Assembly: GCA_963782525.1 (NCBI GenBank)
Contig: CAWAKC010000001.1
Location: 192,001-256,000 of the forward strand
Direction of reading: 5' to 3'
DNA: 64,000 nucleotides
DNA from: Candidatus Bathyarchaeota archaeon
Lineage (GTDB): Archaea; Thermoproteota; Bathyarchaeia; Bathyarchaeales; Bathycorpusculaceae
Below the pieces are notes generated by a model, which worked only from the letters and a program-made list of their open reading frames with translations, made no database searches and was not told the origin of the DNA. The translations under genes and the position numbers were made by a program. Shown here in pieces: positions 50,809 through 59,764 of this stretch. How positions within the stretch are numbered: the stretch's first letter is position 1; each line of letters begins with the position of its first letter.

Positions 50809-51492
50809 CTACTTTACCCCTAAAAGACCGTAAGCAGTCCTCATTTCACCTATGCTCATCTGGCCAGCGGCGGTTTCACTTCCATTTTCCAGAGAAGCGA
50901 AAGTAAAGAATGCCCCAAACATTGGCGAGAGAAGCCTTGAAACCTTACCATGTTCACCCATGCAGAAACAAACCAGTTTACCTTTGCTGGATGCAAAAGA
51001 AACAAAACCTAGAACCGGAAGGTTGTCTTCTACATGGTTGGCGGTTGTCACAATCTTGCAAATGCTCGCTCTACTGGCAAGCTCCTTATCAAGAACATCC
51101 TCCATAGCTGTAACGCTGAGTGCACCGTCGAATTTGTGATATGAAACGATTGGTTTAGCCCCCAACTGCTTAAGTTGGCTGATTGTTTCTATATGTTTTG
51201 GGCTTGATAAGTTAACGTCAACATATTCAAAACCGCTCTTGGCAGCAAAAAGTAGTGTTTGTTGCCATTCAATCTCTGTGCCCGAGAAGTATCCCTTTTC
51301 GCTTTGAAGTTTGTTAGCGGCTATTAAAGGGATTTTTGTACTCGCCGTTATGTCTGATAATTTTCTGGAAATTTCAAGCCAATCCAGTCGGACCTCAATA
51401 AAGTCTGCTTTGGCTTTCTCTGCCTTCTCAATTAGATTTAATGCTTCTATGTTGTTTTTTGGGAGAATCGAAACGCAGATTCTCGCGGTCAC
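50809..51492 (-). CDS. aroD: 3-dehydroquinate dehydratase type I
   Basis: EVRLD, IVSYH, KIV, MGEHGKVSR, TAAGQ. Confidence 0.92.
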   Translation of the reverse strand: MTARICVSILPKNNIEALNLIEKAEKAKADFIEVRLDWLEISRKLSDITASTKIPLIAANKLQSEKGYFSGTEIEWQQTLLFAAKSGFEYVDVNLSSPKHIETISQLKQLGAKPIVSYHKFDGALSVTAMEDVLDKELASRASICKIVTTANHVEDNLPVLGFVSFASSKGKLVCFCMGEHGKVSRLLSPMFGAFFTFASLENGSETAAGQMSIGEMRTAYGLLGVK

Positions 51493-52499
51493 TTTTCAAT
51501 CACCGTTTCTTCTGGCACAGATATGCCGAAGTGTCGTCCTCCCTTCGCAGCTAAATGTACGATGACTTCGTCGTTGGGTTTGAGTTCGGTGACTGGTTTT
51601 GAGGCTGTTGGTGTGACTAAGCGTATGGTTTCGGCGTTTTGGAGTATGGTTTTTATTAATTTGCCTTCGACCTGTGCCTCTACTAGAATGAGAGGTCGGA
51701 TTTCAATTTTTATGCGTCCCACGTTGGTCGTTCGGGTTTTGCCTTCGCGGTTGACGATTATGACTTCGTCGCCTGCTTTGAATTCTTGGAGGTACCTTGT
51801 AGTTTGTAAATTGCCCAAAGTATACATCGATAATGTCCCGGCATTGACTCTGAAGGGACGTGAGGCAACGTAAGGGTTCTCGTTAACTTCTGCTTCGATC
51901 AGGAATAAACCTGCGCTTTGGCTTCCAACTAGCATACCTTCGCCCTGCTTCATCAACTCGCATGTGTCTACACAGACCCGAGCGCCGGTGCCGATGGGTT
52001 TTGTGGAGACGATTTTGGCGATTGCCATTTCCAGCTGTAGGGCTTCTGGCTTCACTATGGCGATGGTTTTTAGGAGCTCCTCTGGATTTGAAGTCTTGAG
52101 CAACACGCCATCGGTTCCTAACTCGAGCGTTTCAAGCGCCACTTTCGCTTCTTCAGCGTTGATGACTTCAGCTATAATCTTGCTCTTCCCTTTAACACGG
52201 GCAATCAAGTTTTCAAGAGGAATAACACGCCAATTCGCACAACTGATAAGCAAGTAACTTGCACCAGCCTCCGCTACTTTAACGGTTAAGTTCTCAGTTG
52301 ACTTGTCACTTAGACAGATTCTTGCAACCTTCTTCGTCACATCCAACTTTTGAGAATCTACCGATGGAGAGACAACTTTTAGGCTTTGTTTGTTTGCCAG
52401 AAAAGTGGTTTTGTCCCCTTCAACGATTGCATCAGCGTATTGGTTAACAAGTGTGGATAGGGCTTCTTTGTTTTCGGTTTCTACCCAAAGTTCCTTCAA
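51489..52499 (-). CDS. aroB': 3-dehydroquinate synthase II (AroB')
   Basis: WRVIPLENLIA, RVCVDTC, RPFRVNAG, LQNAETI, GRHFG. Confidence 0.94.
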   Translation of the reverse strand: MKELWVETENKEALSTLVNQYADAIVEGDKTTFLANKQSLKVVSPSVDSQKLDVTKKVARICLSDKSTENLTVKVAEAGASYLLISCANWRVIPLENLIARVKGKSKIIAEVINAEEAKVALETLELGTDGVLLKTSNPEELLKTIAIVKPEALQLEMAIAKIVSTKPIGTGARVCVDTCELMKQGEGMLVGSQSAGLFLIEAEVNENPYVASRPFRVNAGTLSMYTLGNLQTTRYLQEFKAGDEVIIVNREGKTRTTNVGRIKIEIRPLILVEAQVEGKLIKTILQNAETIRLVTPTASKPVTELKPNDEVIVHLAAKGGRHFGISVPEETVIEK

Positions 52500-53287
52500 C
52501 GCTTTTCACCAAGAAACTTAAGCGCCTGCTCCACAGACGCGTTTTCATGAACGATCGCTGAAAGTGACTTTGACAATAGTGTTGGTTTGTCGCATTGGAA
52601 TATATTTCGCCCGATTGAAAGACCTGCAGCCCCTGCTTTCATGGCGTCAGCGGTGGTTTGCAGGATTTCCTCTAAGGTTTTGCACTTTGGTCCTCCAGCG
52701 ATGACGACTGGCACTGGACAGCTTTCGGTAACTGTTTTGAAACTATCTATGCTGCCTGTGTAGTTTGTTTTAATGATGTCTGCGCCAAGTTCAGCGCCGA
52801 TTCGGGCAGCATGAGCAACAACGTTTACGTCGTGTTCATTCGGTATTTTTGGTCCCCGCGGATACATCATAGCTAAAAGCGGCATCCCGAAAACGTCACA
52901 TTCGTCGGCAACTTTGCCGAGGTTGTGTAGCATTTTGTCTTCATCCTGCGAACCGACGTTAACATGGACACTAACGGCATCTGCGCCGACTCGTATGGCG
53001 CCTTGAACGCTGCAGACTTGGACTTTTCCGTTTAAGTTGGGGCTAAGATTCGACATGCCAGAGAGCATTACAATTAAGCCAGCGTTTTCAACGTCAACTT
53101 GTTTGGCTATGCCCTTGTGGACAAGGATAGCGTCGACTTTGCCCTTTACTAGTTGATCAATGATTTGCTGCATGTTGGTTATGCCTTGGATGGGTCCGAC
53201 GGTGACGCCGTGATCCATAGGCACGATTACTGTGTGGTTGTCTTTTTGCATGATTCTTCTTAGTCTACGGGTTTTTCCTGAATTCAT
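52496..53287 (-). CDS. aroA': 2-amino-3,7-dideoxy-D-threo-hept-6-ulosonate synthase (AroA', class I aldolase)
   Basis: PMDHG, AMMYPRG, ELGADIIKT, AGG, GRNIFQ; adjacent to aroB'. Confidence 0.9.
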   Translation of the reverse strand: MNSGKTRRLRRIMQKDNHTVIVPMDHGVTVGPIQGITNMQQIIDQLVKGKVDAILVHKGIAKQVDVENAGLIVMLSGMSNLSPNLNGKVQVCSVQGAIRVGADAVSVHVNVGSQDEDKMLHNLGKVADECDVFGMPLLAMMYPRGPKIPNEHDVNVVAHAARIGAELGADIIKTNYTGSIDSFKTVTESCPVPVVIAGGPKCKTLEEILQTTADAMKAGAAGLSIGRNIFQCDKPTLLSKSLSAIVHENASVEQALKFLGEKR

Positions 53288-53297
53288 CTTTTTCCAC

Positions 53298-54533
53298 CTA
53301 GTGTGTTTTAAGCGAGTTTTTAATTAACTTTAATGCCTTTTCTTTATCATTCCAATCTACAAACAACAAAATACTTGAGGTGATAGTGAGGATACCTGAG
53401 ATGTTTATGCCGTTAACTCGCAGGTCTTCGCTGATTTTGCCGATGATGCCGTGGGTTTCTTCCAATCCGACTCCGCTGGTCTTGAGAAAGACAAGATCTT
53501 TTTTCACAGCCATAGCTATGGTTTCTTTGTTGCTTATGGTTATTTTGTGGATTTGGTTGAAAAGTGTATCGATGTTTTTTTCCTGGGGAACGTAGAGGAT
53601 GATTGAATTAGTGTTCATGGACATGCCGAGAAGCATAGAGTTTTCTTTGACTTTCTCAACCATTTCTGTAACGACTTGTGGGTTGGCTGATATGCCGTTT
53701 CCAATCACAGTTATCTCTGAGACGGGGGTAGGATGAGCGATTTCAACATCAAGCTCTGAGGCTAAACTGCCTTTAATTAGGGTGCCTGCCCTGCTCAAAT
53801 CGCTATGTGCATTGCTGATTACTTTAACGTCTATGTCTTTGGGTTTGTACTTGAGGGCTTTGCTATGAATGAATTTAGCGCCTGAATCTGCTAACCCAAC
53901 AAGTGTGGTTACGTCGGTTTCTGGGAGCAGTTTGGGGGACGCAATGATTTTGGGGTCGCCGGACATAATGCCGTCGGCATCTGTTACCAATACTACTTGG
54001 TTTGCGTTGATTCCCTGTGCGATTATGAATGCGGTGGTGTCGCTTCCGCCTCTGCCCAAAGTGGTGATTTTTCCATCTTTGGTTTTGCCCACGAAACCCG
54101 CTATTACGGGTATTGTGCCTTTTTCGACGAGTGGTAGGATGCATTCTTTGATGTTTTTGTCGCATTCTTTGAGGATTGGGTTGGCGTTTTGGAAGGAGTC
54201 GTCGGTGATTATTGGCCATTTGTTATCCATGGGGTCGAAGTAGCATGCGTCGACACCATTGTTTCTCAAGGCTGCGGCGAATATGCGTACGCTGGTGCGT
54301 TCACCCATGGAGAGGATGTCGTCTAATTCGTGTTTCTGGAGTTTTCCGTTCGAAGTGTTTTTGGCGGTGGTCATGAGGACATCGGTTGTTTTGCCCATAG
54401 CGGAGACTACGACGGCGATTTTAGTGCCTTTTTTAGCTTCATTAACAACAGCAACTACCGCTTTGAGGAGTCTCTCATGGTCAGCGAGGCTAGAGCCACC
54501 GAATTTAACAACTATAGTTTTGCTAGTTTGCAT
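53298..54533 (-). CDS. lysC: Aspartate kinase
   Basis: VVKFGGSS, VVSAMG, TTLGRGGSD, DPK; C-terminal ACT-like domains. Confidence 0.92.
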   Translation of the reverse strand: MQTSKTIVVKFGGSSLADHERLLKAVVAVVNEAKKGTKIAVVVSAMGKTTDVLMTTAKNTSNGKLQKHELDDILSMGERTSVRIFAAALRNNGVDACYFDPMDNKWPIITDDSFQNANPILKECDKNIKECILPLVEKGTIPVIAGFVGKTKDGKITTLGRGGSDTTAFIIAQGINANQVVLVTDADGIMSGDPKIIASPKLLPETDVTTLVGLADSGAKFIHSKALKYKPKDIDVKVISNAHSDLSRAGTLIKGSLASELDVEIAHPTPVSEITVIGNGISANPQVVTEMVEKVKENSMLLGMSMNTNSIILYVPQEKNIDTLFNQIHKITISNKETIAMAVKKDLVFLKTSGVGLEETHGIIGKISEDLRVNGINISGILTITSSILLFVDWNDKEKALKLIKNSLKTH

Positions 54534-54552
54534 TTAGGTACCCCCGTTTTTC

Positions 54553-54590
54553 GCCCAGAACTATTCTCAAAAAATTTGTTAGTTCTGGGC
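54553..54590 (-). promoter_or_regulatory. Leader hairpin (putative attenuator)
   Basis: Perfect 11-bp arms GCCCAGAACTA/TAGTTCTGGGC, 16-nt loop containing T6, between leader stop and GGGGGT SD. Confidence 0.75.
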
Positions 54591-54677
54591 TTATGGAAAA
54601 TGGTAATAATAAAAATAGTAGTCGAAGCTAGGAAACAGTGACGCAGTGATGTTGATTTTGTTTTTTGCGTTGAGCAT
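54591..54677 (-). CDS. Putative Tyr/Phe-rich leader peptide (28 aa)
   Basis: MLNAKNKINITASLFPSFDYYFYYYHFP*; 9 of last 14 codons Phe/Tyr; first ORF after the operon promoter. Confidence 0.78.
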   Translation of the reverse strand: MLNAKNKINITASLFPSFDYYFYYYHFP

Positions 54678-54710
54678 TGCTTCGAACCTGCCAATCAGTT
54701 CATCTTCCAA

Positions 54711-54728
54711 AAAATATAAGCGTTTCGG
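54711..54728 (-). promoter_or_regulatory. BRE/TATA promoter of the lysC-aro operon
   Basis: CCGAAACG-CTTATATTTT ~35 nt upstream of the leader ATG. Confidence 0.65.
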
Positions 54729-54938
54729 ATTCAAGCTAAAGTTTAACTAATAATTTTTTGCAGTAGGACCATTTTCTGCCCTGTTTTGTTCATTCGATGG
54801 GTTATTTGAAACCATTTGGAATTCATTGTAGAAACCTAATTGAATTAGTTTATATTGGCATTTTTTAGCTAACTTGTGTGCTCTCAGCAGATTTTTATTC
54901 CCGATTCCCCTAGTACAAATCGGTTTTGGTGAACAAAT

Positions 54939-56750
54939 ATGCAGGGATGGACAGGTTTTTTCTTAAAAGTCGAGTTAACCAAAAGCACGGCTGTTGCTGA
55001 ACCTTACAGTGAAGATTTAGCTTTGAATTTTTTAGGCGGCAGAGGCTTCGCAATCAAAATTCTCTGGGACACCCTAAAACATGGAACTGACCCTCTCTCA
55101 CCCGAAAACAAACTAATCTTCGCCACAGGACCACTAACGGGAATCGGACTACCCAACAGCGGCAAACTAGTCATTGCCTCAAAAAGCCCTTTGACCGGCG
55201 GTTACGGCGACGGCAACTCTGGCAGCTGGGCAGCTGTGAACATACGCAAAGCAGGCTACGACGCACTCGTCATCGAAGGCAAAGCATCCCAACCAGTCAT
55301 ACTTCACATCAAAAATCGAACGTGGGAGTTTTTGGATGCGGGGGATCTGTGGGGTAAAAGCTCCTTTGAAGTCGAGGACCAACTCAGAAAAAAATATTCC
55401 AAGTTAGCAGGCATAATGTCCATCGGACCTGCAGGAGAGAACCTTGTAAAGTTCGCAACAGTGGTTTCTCAGAATGGACGTGCGGGTGGACGACCTGGGA
55501 TGGGCGCTGTCATGGGCTCAAAAAATCTCAAAGCCATTGTAGTCGAAGGTACCCAACCAATCCCCCTCGCTTTTCCCGATGAAATGAAAAAATTAGCTGT
55601 TGACGGCTACAAGGAACTTTTAACTAAACCACTCTATAGTTTCTGGAAAAGGCAAGGCACTATGTCCACGGTTGACTGGTGCCAAGAAAACAGCTGTCTT
55701 CCAACGCACAATTACAGGCAAGGCGTTTTCGACAAGGCAGAAGGCATAAGCGGCTTTACGATGGAGAAGATGAAGGTTTCCAACCGCGGCTGCCCACAGT
55801 GCAACATGACCTGCGGAAACGTGGTTAAGGACAGTGAAGGAAAAGATTCAGAGCTGGATTATGAGAACGTGGTTATGCTTGGCTCCAACATTGGTTTGGG
55901 AAACCTTGCGCAAGTAGCTACCTTAAACCGGTTGGCAGACGAATTCAGCTTTGATGGTATTTCTCTTGGGAGCGTAATTGGGTTTGCCATGGAAGCTTCG
56001 GAGAAGGGGCTAATTCCCGAGAAGATTGGTTGGGGCGATTTTGAAGCGATTAAGGCATTGATTAACGATATTGCGTACAGGCGAGGTTTGGGTGCGGTTT
56101 TAGCGGAAGGTGTCCGATCCGCAGCCGCAACCATTGGCAAAGGCTCTAGCGATTGGGCGATGCATGTTAAAGGCTTAGAAGTCTCCGCCTACGACTGCCA
56201 CACCGCACCAGGCATGGCGTTGGCATACGGAACCAGCTCAATTGGCGCCCACCACAAAGACGCTTGGATAATAACTTGGGAACAGAAATATGGCAGAGAA
56301 AAATACGACGAAGCAAAAGTCGACCATCTAATCCAAACCCAACTCCTACGCGGCGGAGCCTTCGAAGCACTCACCGTTTGCCGTTTTCCACACGGCTCAT
56401 TGGGCTTTGAGCTCGAATGGTACCAAAAGTACCTGCGGGCTTCAACTGGACGGAACTTTTCTATGGATCAGCTAAACCAGATTAGCGACAGAATACTTAC
56501 TTTAATTCGTGCTTTCTGGGTGCGGGAATACGGTGGCAAGTGGAGTCGTGATTTGGATGTTCCGCCAATGCGATGGTTCAAAGAGCCACTAACCGAAGGA
56601 CCCTTGAAGGGCGCTGTGCTTGATTTGGAAAAATACAACAAGATGTTGGACATTTACTATCAGAAGCGCGGCTGGAGCGAAGAGGGTGTTCCAACAAAAG
56701 AAACGTTGGAGAGGTTAGGGCTGGCTGACGTAGCAAGTCACTTAAGTTAA
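54939..56750 (+). CDS. aor: Aldehyde:ferredoxin oxidoreductase family (W/Mo-pterin)
   Basis: LGGRG, KSPLTG, GRPGMGAVMGSKNLKAI, CPQCNMTC, LAEG, YYQKRGW. Confidence 0.92.
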   Translation: MQGWTGFFLKVELTKSTAVAEPYSEDLALNFLGGRGFAIKILWDTLKHGTDPLSPENKLIFATGPLTGIGLPNSGKLVIASKSPLTGGYGDGNSGSWAAVNIRKAGYDALVIEGKASQPVILHIKNRTWEFLDAGDLWGKSSFEVEDQLRKKYSKLAGIMSIGPAGENLVKFATVVSQNGRAGGRPGMGAVMGSKNLKAIVVEGTQPIPLAFPDEMKKLAVDGYKELLTKPLYSFWKRQGTMSTVDWCQENSCLPTHNYRQGVFDKAEGISGFTMEKMKVSNRGCPQCNMTCGNVVKDSEGKDSELDYENVVMLGSNIGLGNLAQVATLNRLADEFSFDGISLGSVIGFAMEASEKGLIPEKIGWGDFEAIKALINDIAYRRGLGAVLAEGVRSAAATIGKGSSDWAMHVKGLEVSAYDCHTAPGMALAYGTSSIGAHHKDAWIITWEQKYGREKYDEAKVDHLIQTQLLRGGAFEALTVCRFPHGSLGFELEWYQKYLRASTGRNFSMDQLNQISDRILTLIRAFWVREYGGKWSRDLDVPPMRWFKEPLTEGPLKGAVLDLEKYNKMLDIYYQKRGWSEEGVPTKETLERLGLADVASHLS

Positions 56751-56758
56751 GCTAAAAG

Positions 56759-58201
56759 CTAGTATGACCTTGCGAAGTACGCTGTTTCCTTAGCTTTCTC
56801 TTCGCACACGATACAGTTAGTGGTTGGCTGCTCTACCTGAAAAGGTCGAATGCGAATGGTAGCGCCTGTTTCATCCTTTACTTTTGCCTCGCAATCTGGG
56901 CTGCCGCACCATGCTGCTTTGATGAAGCCGCCTTTTTCTTCTAGCACCTTCTTGAATTCATCGTAACTCTGCACGGAAGAGGTTTTTTCTTGGAGTATGG
57001 CTTTGGCTTTAGCGAGCAGGTTGTCTTGAATTTCTTGCAGTAGCTTCTCTACGGTTGCTGGAATGTCGGCTTCGGTAACGGGGTTTTTTTGGCCTGTGTC
57101 ACGTCGGACCATAACGACTTGTCCTGCTTTGAGGTCTCTTGGGCCAAGTTCTATGCGTATTGGGATGCCTTTGAGTTCCCATTGGTGGAATTTCCAGCCC
57201 GGCGTGTACTCGTTGCGGTCGTCAAGGATTACGCTTACGCCTTTGGCTTTTAGAGTCGCTGCGATTTCTTTGGTTTTTGCAGCGATTGCTTCAGCTTCAA
57301 TGCCCTTGAATGGAATCGGAACGATGACAACTTGAGTTGGTGCAACTTTGGGCGGCATAATCAAGCCTTTGTCGTCACCGTGAACCATAATCATAGCGCC
57401 AATGAGCCGCGTAGTAATACCCCAGCTGGTTTGCCAAACGTAATGGTCTTGTTTGTCTTCGCCTATGAATTTTACATCAAAGACTTTGGCGAAGTGTTGG
57501 CCGAGGTTGTGGCTGGTTCCCATCTGAAGGGCTTTCCCGTCAGGCATGATGGATTCGAGCGCTGTGGTGTAGAGGGCGCCAGCAAACTTTTCGCTGTCAC
57601 TCTTGGTGCCGATAACTACTGGAATTGCCAAGTAATTCTCTATAACGTCCTTGTACTCGCCAAGGGCGTACATAACTTCAGCTTCCGCTTCCTCCGCGGT
57701 TGCGTGTGCAGTGTGCCCTTCTTGCCAAAGGAACTCGCGAGTCCGCAAAAACAGCTTCGTCGCCTTGGTTTCCCAGCGAACGATGTTGCACCACTGGTTA
57801 ATCTTAAGCGGCAAGTCGCGCCAACTACGAATCCATTTGCTGAACATGGCGTACATGATGGTTTCGCTGGTGGGACGAACAGCCAGTTTCTCCTCAAGAG
57901 GGGTATCTCCGCCCTGAGTAATCCACGCCACTTCTGGAGTGAACCCTGCGAAGTGTTCAGCTTCTTTTTTGAGGAATGCCTCAGGAATAAACATGGGAAA
58001 ATACGTGTTGCGGTGTCCAGTGGCTTTGATTTTTTGGTTAACTACCTCTTGAATTTTTTCCCAAACAGCGTATGCGTCTGGACGAATAATCATGCAGCCT
58101 TTAACAGGCGCGTAATCTGCAAGTTCAGCTTTCAAAACAACTTCAACATACCATTCGCTGAAATCTTCACATTTCTTAAAGGTTACACCAGTATCAGACA
58201 T
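56759..58201 (-). CDS. proS: Proline-tRNA ligase (archaeal/eukaryotic type)
   Basis: RPTSET, FLRTREFLWQEGHT, QMGTSHNLGQ, C-terminal ARSY; start set at MSDTG. Confidence 0.97.
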   Translation of the reverse strand: MSDTGVTFKKCEDFSEWYVEVVLKAELADYAPVKGCMIIRPDAYAVWEKIQEVVNQKIKATGHRNTYFPMFIPEAFLKKEAEHFAGFTPEVAWITQGGDTPLEEKLAVRPTSETIMYAMFSKWIRSWRDLPLKINQWCNIVRWETKATKLFLRTREFLWQEGHTAHATAEEAEAEVMYALGEYKDVIENYLAIPVVIGTKSDSEKFAGALYTTALESIMPDGKALQMGTSHNLGQHFAKVFDVKFIGEDKQDHYVWQTSWGITTRLIGAMIMVHGDDKGLIMPPKVAPTQVVIVPIPFKGIEAEAIAAKTKEIAATLKAKGVSVILDDRNEYTPGWKFHQWELKGIPIRIELGPRDLKAGQVVMVRRDTGQKNPVTEADIPATVEKLLQEIQDNLLAKAKAILQEKTSSVQSYDEFKKVLEEKGGFIKAAWCGSPDCEAKVKDETGATIRIRPFQVEQPTTNCIVCEEKAKETAYFARSY

Positions 58202-58390
58202 GAGGGATCTCTTCTTGCTTCTTGTATGCCTGCACCTGGATATAAAACCGTAACGGGAACAATTCCTCAAAAACCGATTGCCCTCAGGGGATAGGATCTA
58301 TTGGCTAGAAATCAACCCAATAATAGTTTTAAAATTGGTAGTTAAAAATCTGGAAGGATTGATGGAGTGAAAGTACAAAAAATCTAACTA

Positions 58391-58408
58391 AAAACAAAAA
58401 AGAAAAAA
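58391..58408 (-). terminator. Oligo-T terminator after the ABC operon
   Basis: TTTTTTCTTTTTTGTTTTT just after the stop at 58411. Confidence 0.6.
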
Positions 58409-58410
58409 GG

Positions 58411-58566
58411 TTATTTTTTGAAGAGCCCCTTTTTTTCGGGGTAGTCTTTGCATTCGTAGATTCGTAGTTGGCGTTGGGGTTCGATGCGGCATCGTTTGCG
58501 TGCGTTCTTGCGCCTCAAAAGCGGCGCAAGTTGAAAGAAGGGGCATTTGCTGCAGAGTGTACTCAT
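58411..58566 (-). CDS. Small basic 4-Cys protein (51 aa, not in ORF track)
   Basis: MSTLCSKCPFFQLAPLLRRKNARKRCRIEPQRQLRIYECKDYPEKKGLFKK*; AGGAG SD. Confidence 0.65.
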   Translation of the reverse strand: MSTLCSKCPFFQLAPLLRRKNARKRCRIEPQRQLRIYECKDYPEKKGLFKK

Positions 58567-58576
58567 TGTGGTTCTC

Positions 58577-59758
58577 CTAACGTGTCATCATTCTTCGGAA
58601 GACTGGCAGTGCAATCGCTATCATGACTATGCCGAACACGATAAGGACTATGAGGTCTGTTGATATCTGTGGTATACCAGCGCCGAGCACCATGACTTTT
58701 CGTAGAGCATCGGAAGCATACGTTAGCGGTAGCACTTTGCTGATGTCTTGCATATACCATGGCATCTGCTGTATCGGGAAGAATACTCCGCTGAGGAACA
58801 TCATCGGGAACATCAGGGTCATCATAAACATCTGTGCGGTTTCTTGGTCTTTAGTGAAGGAGGTTATGACGATGCCTAAGCCGACGAAGCTAAAGACACC
58901 AAGTAGTAGCAGTGCGAACACGAGTAAGATGCTACCTTGTATGGCGACTCCAAATATGCCGATGGCTAACGCCAAGATTATTACGCCTTGGATTAAGCCT
59001 CTGCCCGTTTGAGCCATCGTCTTGCCCAGCAAGATTGAGAGACGGTTTACTGGTGCAACCATCATGCCGTCCATTGTGCCAATTTCTTTTTCCTGTGAGA
59101 TGGCAACTGGCAAGCCTGTCATGACGCTCATCATGACGGTCATAGCCATGATGCCTGGAGCGATGAAGTCAAAGTAGCTTGGGTGACCTGAAACAACACC
59201 TTGGGTCTGTACGGTGTAAGGCTGCACAACTGCGAGCGGGTTTGTAGCGTTCAATGGCAGGACGTTGTGTATGGCGAGTTGTTGACCCATGGCGTTAAAG
59301 ACGCCAGTTAATGCAGCTTGGATTGTGGCGGATATCTGTGGGTTGGATTCGTCGCTGACAATGATAATGGTGCCTTGTTGCCCAGACAGGAGGGTTTGAC
59401 TGAAGTTGCTTGGAATCACTATGCCTCCTTCAAGGTCTCCTCTTTGCACCATATCTTTGAGGTCTGCTGTACTTGACACATTGGTTATTATTAGCATGTG
59501 AGTTTGGCCGTTAATCTGTTGTAGACCTGTGAGGAAGCTTTGGCTTGCAAAAACGCTGTTGAAGCCTGAGTCTTCGTTTACCAAGCCAACTTTCAAGTCG
59601 GTAATGGTTCCGTTGGATGGATAGATAAAGCCGACCATAACCATCATGAACAATGGCATAACGATTAAGAGCACTAAGCCAAGCCTGTTGCGGAACAATT
59701 CAGTTAAGTCTTTCATCGCTATTCGGAAGCTATGTTGCATTACAGTTTTTACAGTCAT
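58577..59758 (-). CDS. ABC-2 type exporter permease
   Basis: YFDFIAPGI, EKEIGT, FLSGVFFP, PLTYASDALR. Confidence 0.93.
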   Translation of the reverse strand: MTVKTVMQHSFRIAMKDLTELFRNRLGLVLLIVMPLFMMVMVGFIYPSNGTITDLKVGLVNEDSGFNSVFASQSFLTGLQQINGQTHMLIITNVSSTADLKDMVQRGDLEGGIVIPSNFSQTLLSGQQGTIIIVSDESNPQISATIQAALTGVFNAMGQQLAIHNVLPLNATNPLAVVQPYTVQTQGVVSGHPSYFDFIAPGIMAMTVMMSVMTGLPVAISQEKEIGTMDGMMVAPVNRLSILLGKTMAQTGRGLIQGVIILALAIGIFGVAIQGSILLVFALLLLGVFSFVGLGIVITSFTKDQETAQMFMMTLMFPMMFLSGVFFPIQQMPWYMQDISKVLPLTYASDALRKVMVLGAGIPQISTDLIVLIVFGIVMIAIALPVFRRMMTR

Positions 59759-59764
59759 CTTCTA

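Noticed and set aside
54512-54694. 60-aa ORF with a Thr/Ile-rich stretch (STTIFIITIF) resembling thrL, upstream of aspartate kinase
   Set aside because: Tyr codon runs (TAC TAT) automatically read ACT ATT in the shifted frame. It has a TTG start at or before the likely TSS and runs through the hairpin. The F/Y frame fits better, though dual use is not excluded.
57332-58294. Long antisense ORFs (also 31267-32043, 3956-4552, 46775-47335, 21764-22300)
   Set aside because: Shadow frames of well-supported genes on the opposite strand
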